Notes under the pieces: model-generated | Database searches by the model: none | What the model was told of the DNA's origin: nothing | What the model saw: the letters and a program-made list of their open reading frames with translations, nothing else | Assembly: GCA_963844715.1 (NCBI GenBank) | Contig: CAWJPJ010000004.1 | Location: forward strand, 192,001 to 256,000 | Length of the DNA stretch: 64,000 bases | Direction: 5' to 3' | DNA from: an uncultured Phycisphaerales bacterium | Lineage (GTDB): Bacteria > Planctomycetota > Phycisphaerae > Tepidisphaerales > Tepidisphaeraceae | Shown: one piece after another, positions 62,575-64,000 of the stretch | Numbering within the stretch: position 1 is the stretch's first letter | Layout of the letters: every line of letters begins with the position of its first letter | Translations under genes and position numbers: made by a program

Positions 62575-63623
62575 ATGAATATGGCTCAGCCGCTTTTGGA
62601 ACTTCGCAATTTGACCGTGGCGTTCGAGACCGAGAGCGGGGAGATTCGGCCGGTGCAGGATGTTTCGCTGTCGATTTATCCGGGGCAGACGCTGGCCGTC
62701 GTGGGGGAATCGGGGTGCGGGAAATCGGTGACGGCTTTGTCGATCCTGCGGCTGATTCCCATGCCGCCGGGGAAAATCATTGGCGGGCAGGTATTGCTCG
62801 AGGGCGCGATCTTCTGGCCTTGTCGGAAAAACAGATGCGCAGTGTTCGGGGGAAGGACATCGCGATGATTTTCCAAGAGCCGATGATGTCGCTGAATCCG
62901 GTTTTCACGATCGGGGAGCAGATTGTGGAGGCCGTCAAGCTCCATCAGCGCGTCAGCACGACGCAGGCTTACAAGATTGCGGAAGAAAGCTTGCACGATG
63001 TGGGAATCGCCGATCCGGACAAGCGAGTGCATGAGTATCCGCATCGGCTTTCGGGGGGAATGAGGCAGCGGGTGATGATCGCGATGGCGCTGTCGTGCCA
63101 GCCGAGACTGCTTATCGCGGATGAGCCGACGACGGCGCTGGATGTGACGATCCAGGCGCAGATTCTGGAGCTGCTGCGGAAATTGCAGAAGGATCGCGGG
63201 ATGTCGATCATGCTGATCACGCACGATTTGGGCGTGGTGGCGGAAAATGCGGACGCGGTGGCGGTGATGTATGCGAGCAAGGTGGTGGAATATGCATCCG
63301 CGTTCGATTTGTTTGATTTCCCGAAACATCCTTATACGGAGGGGCTGTTCCGGGCGGTGCCGCGGATCGGGGACGTGGCGCAGCGATTGACGGCGATCTC
63401 GGGGACGGTGCCGAGTCCGGCGCGGTTTCCATCCGGGTGCAAATTTCATCCGCGCTGCCCGCGCATGAATGGGGACCAGACTTGTGTCAACACGGAGCCG
63501 CCGCTGCGGGAAGTGGACGGGCGGCATTGGGCATCTTGCCATCATATTGAGAATTTCGCGGGCAAGCCGATCAGCGCGCCGGCCATCGACGCGAAGCGCC
63601 CGGAGACGAGCGTGACGGCATGA
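62575..63623 (+). CDS. oppD: peptide ABC ATP-binding protein (frameshift near 62805)
   Basis: [31 protein letters not shown] and GCKFHPRC. Confidence 0.9.
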
Positions 63624-64000
63624 GCGATGGGAATTCGAGCAATGGGTCGCCGCTGATCAGTGTGAGCGATTTGCGCACGTATTTTCCGATCAAGCGGGGG
63701 GTTTTGGCGCGGACGGCGGGGTATATCAAGGCCGTGGATGGGGTGAGTTTTGACATTCAGCCGGGGAAGACGCTGGGATTGGTGGGGGAATCCGGGTGCG
63801 GGAAGACGACCGTGGGGAGGACGATCCTGCGGCTTACCGCGGCGACGAGCGGGTCGGTTCGTTACAAGGGGCAGGACTTCTTCGCTTATCGGGGGGAGAG
63901 TTTGCGAAAGCTTCGGCGGCATATGCAGATTATTTTTCAGGACCCGGTGGGGAGCCTGAATCTGCGCATGCGGGTCGGGAACATCATCGGCGAGCCGATT
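63620..64000 (+). CDS. oppF: peptide ABC ATP-binding protein (partial, runs off window)
   Basis: Manual translation: [19 protein letters not shown] and MQIIFQDP. Confidence 0.88.
   Translation, partial: MSDGNSSNGSPLISVSDLRTYFPIKRGVLARTAGYIKAVDGVSFDIQPGKTLGLVGESGCGKTTVGRTILRLTAATSGSVRYKGQDFFAYRGESLRKLRRHMQIIFQDPVGSLNLRMRVGNIIGEPI

Noticed and set aside
7383..63545. Long antisense or overlapping ORFs (e.g. 7383..8381, 8191..9411, 19633..21111, 22920..24104, 62676..63545)
   Set aside because: Shadow ORFs opposite well-supported genes, expected in high-GC DNA; no recognisable motifs
4969..63623. About 20 frameshifted genes (cysM, bioA, bioD, pdhA, pdhC, leuA, oppA, oppD and others) as pseudogenes or programmed recoding
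   Set aside because: These are frame breaks scattered through otherwise intact core genes, with no in-frame stops or decay; best explained by long-read assembly error. Read polishing would confirm.

Overview
High-GC bacterial chromosome segment, most consistent with Planctomycetota, probably Phycisphaerae. This is inferred from PEP-CTERM proteins, a CGYDLRATPERCPECG zinc-ribbon membrane protein, DUF2617 and other planctomycete-type hypotheticals. It is mostly housekeeping: holA; a sulfur/cysteine cluster (ThiF/MoeB-like, CysM-like, Mec-like JAMM peptidase, rhodanese, cysK, cysC, PHP phosphatase, cysH); bioA-bioD; an FHA-GspE/PilB ATPase fusion; ndk; a Gld-like ABC operon with queF and sppA; pdhABC; a second ABC system of unknown function; rpsU; orphan fliM; leuA; and a double oligopeptide ABC operon. 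Mobile and repeat DNA includes an intact-looking IS630, an IS5 inserted in a heptamer tandem repeat, a 280-bp nested-palindrome MITE with ends resembling those of the IS630, and four small interspersed repeat families. The most notable unannotated signals are a Leu/Thr leader-peptide attenuator before leuA, a structured leader before pdhA, a three-copy non-palindromic ~125-150-bp element, a lipoprotein truncated globin coupled to a DUF748 gene, and a membrane-tethered beta-grasp-like domain. About 20 genes carry frameshifts, most likely long-read indel errors. No rRNA, tRNA or CRISPR array was seen. All family assignments come from motif recognition, not database searches.
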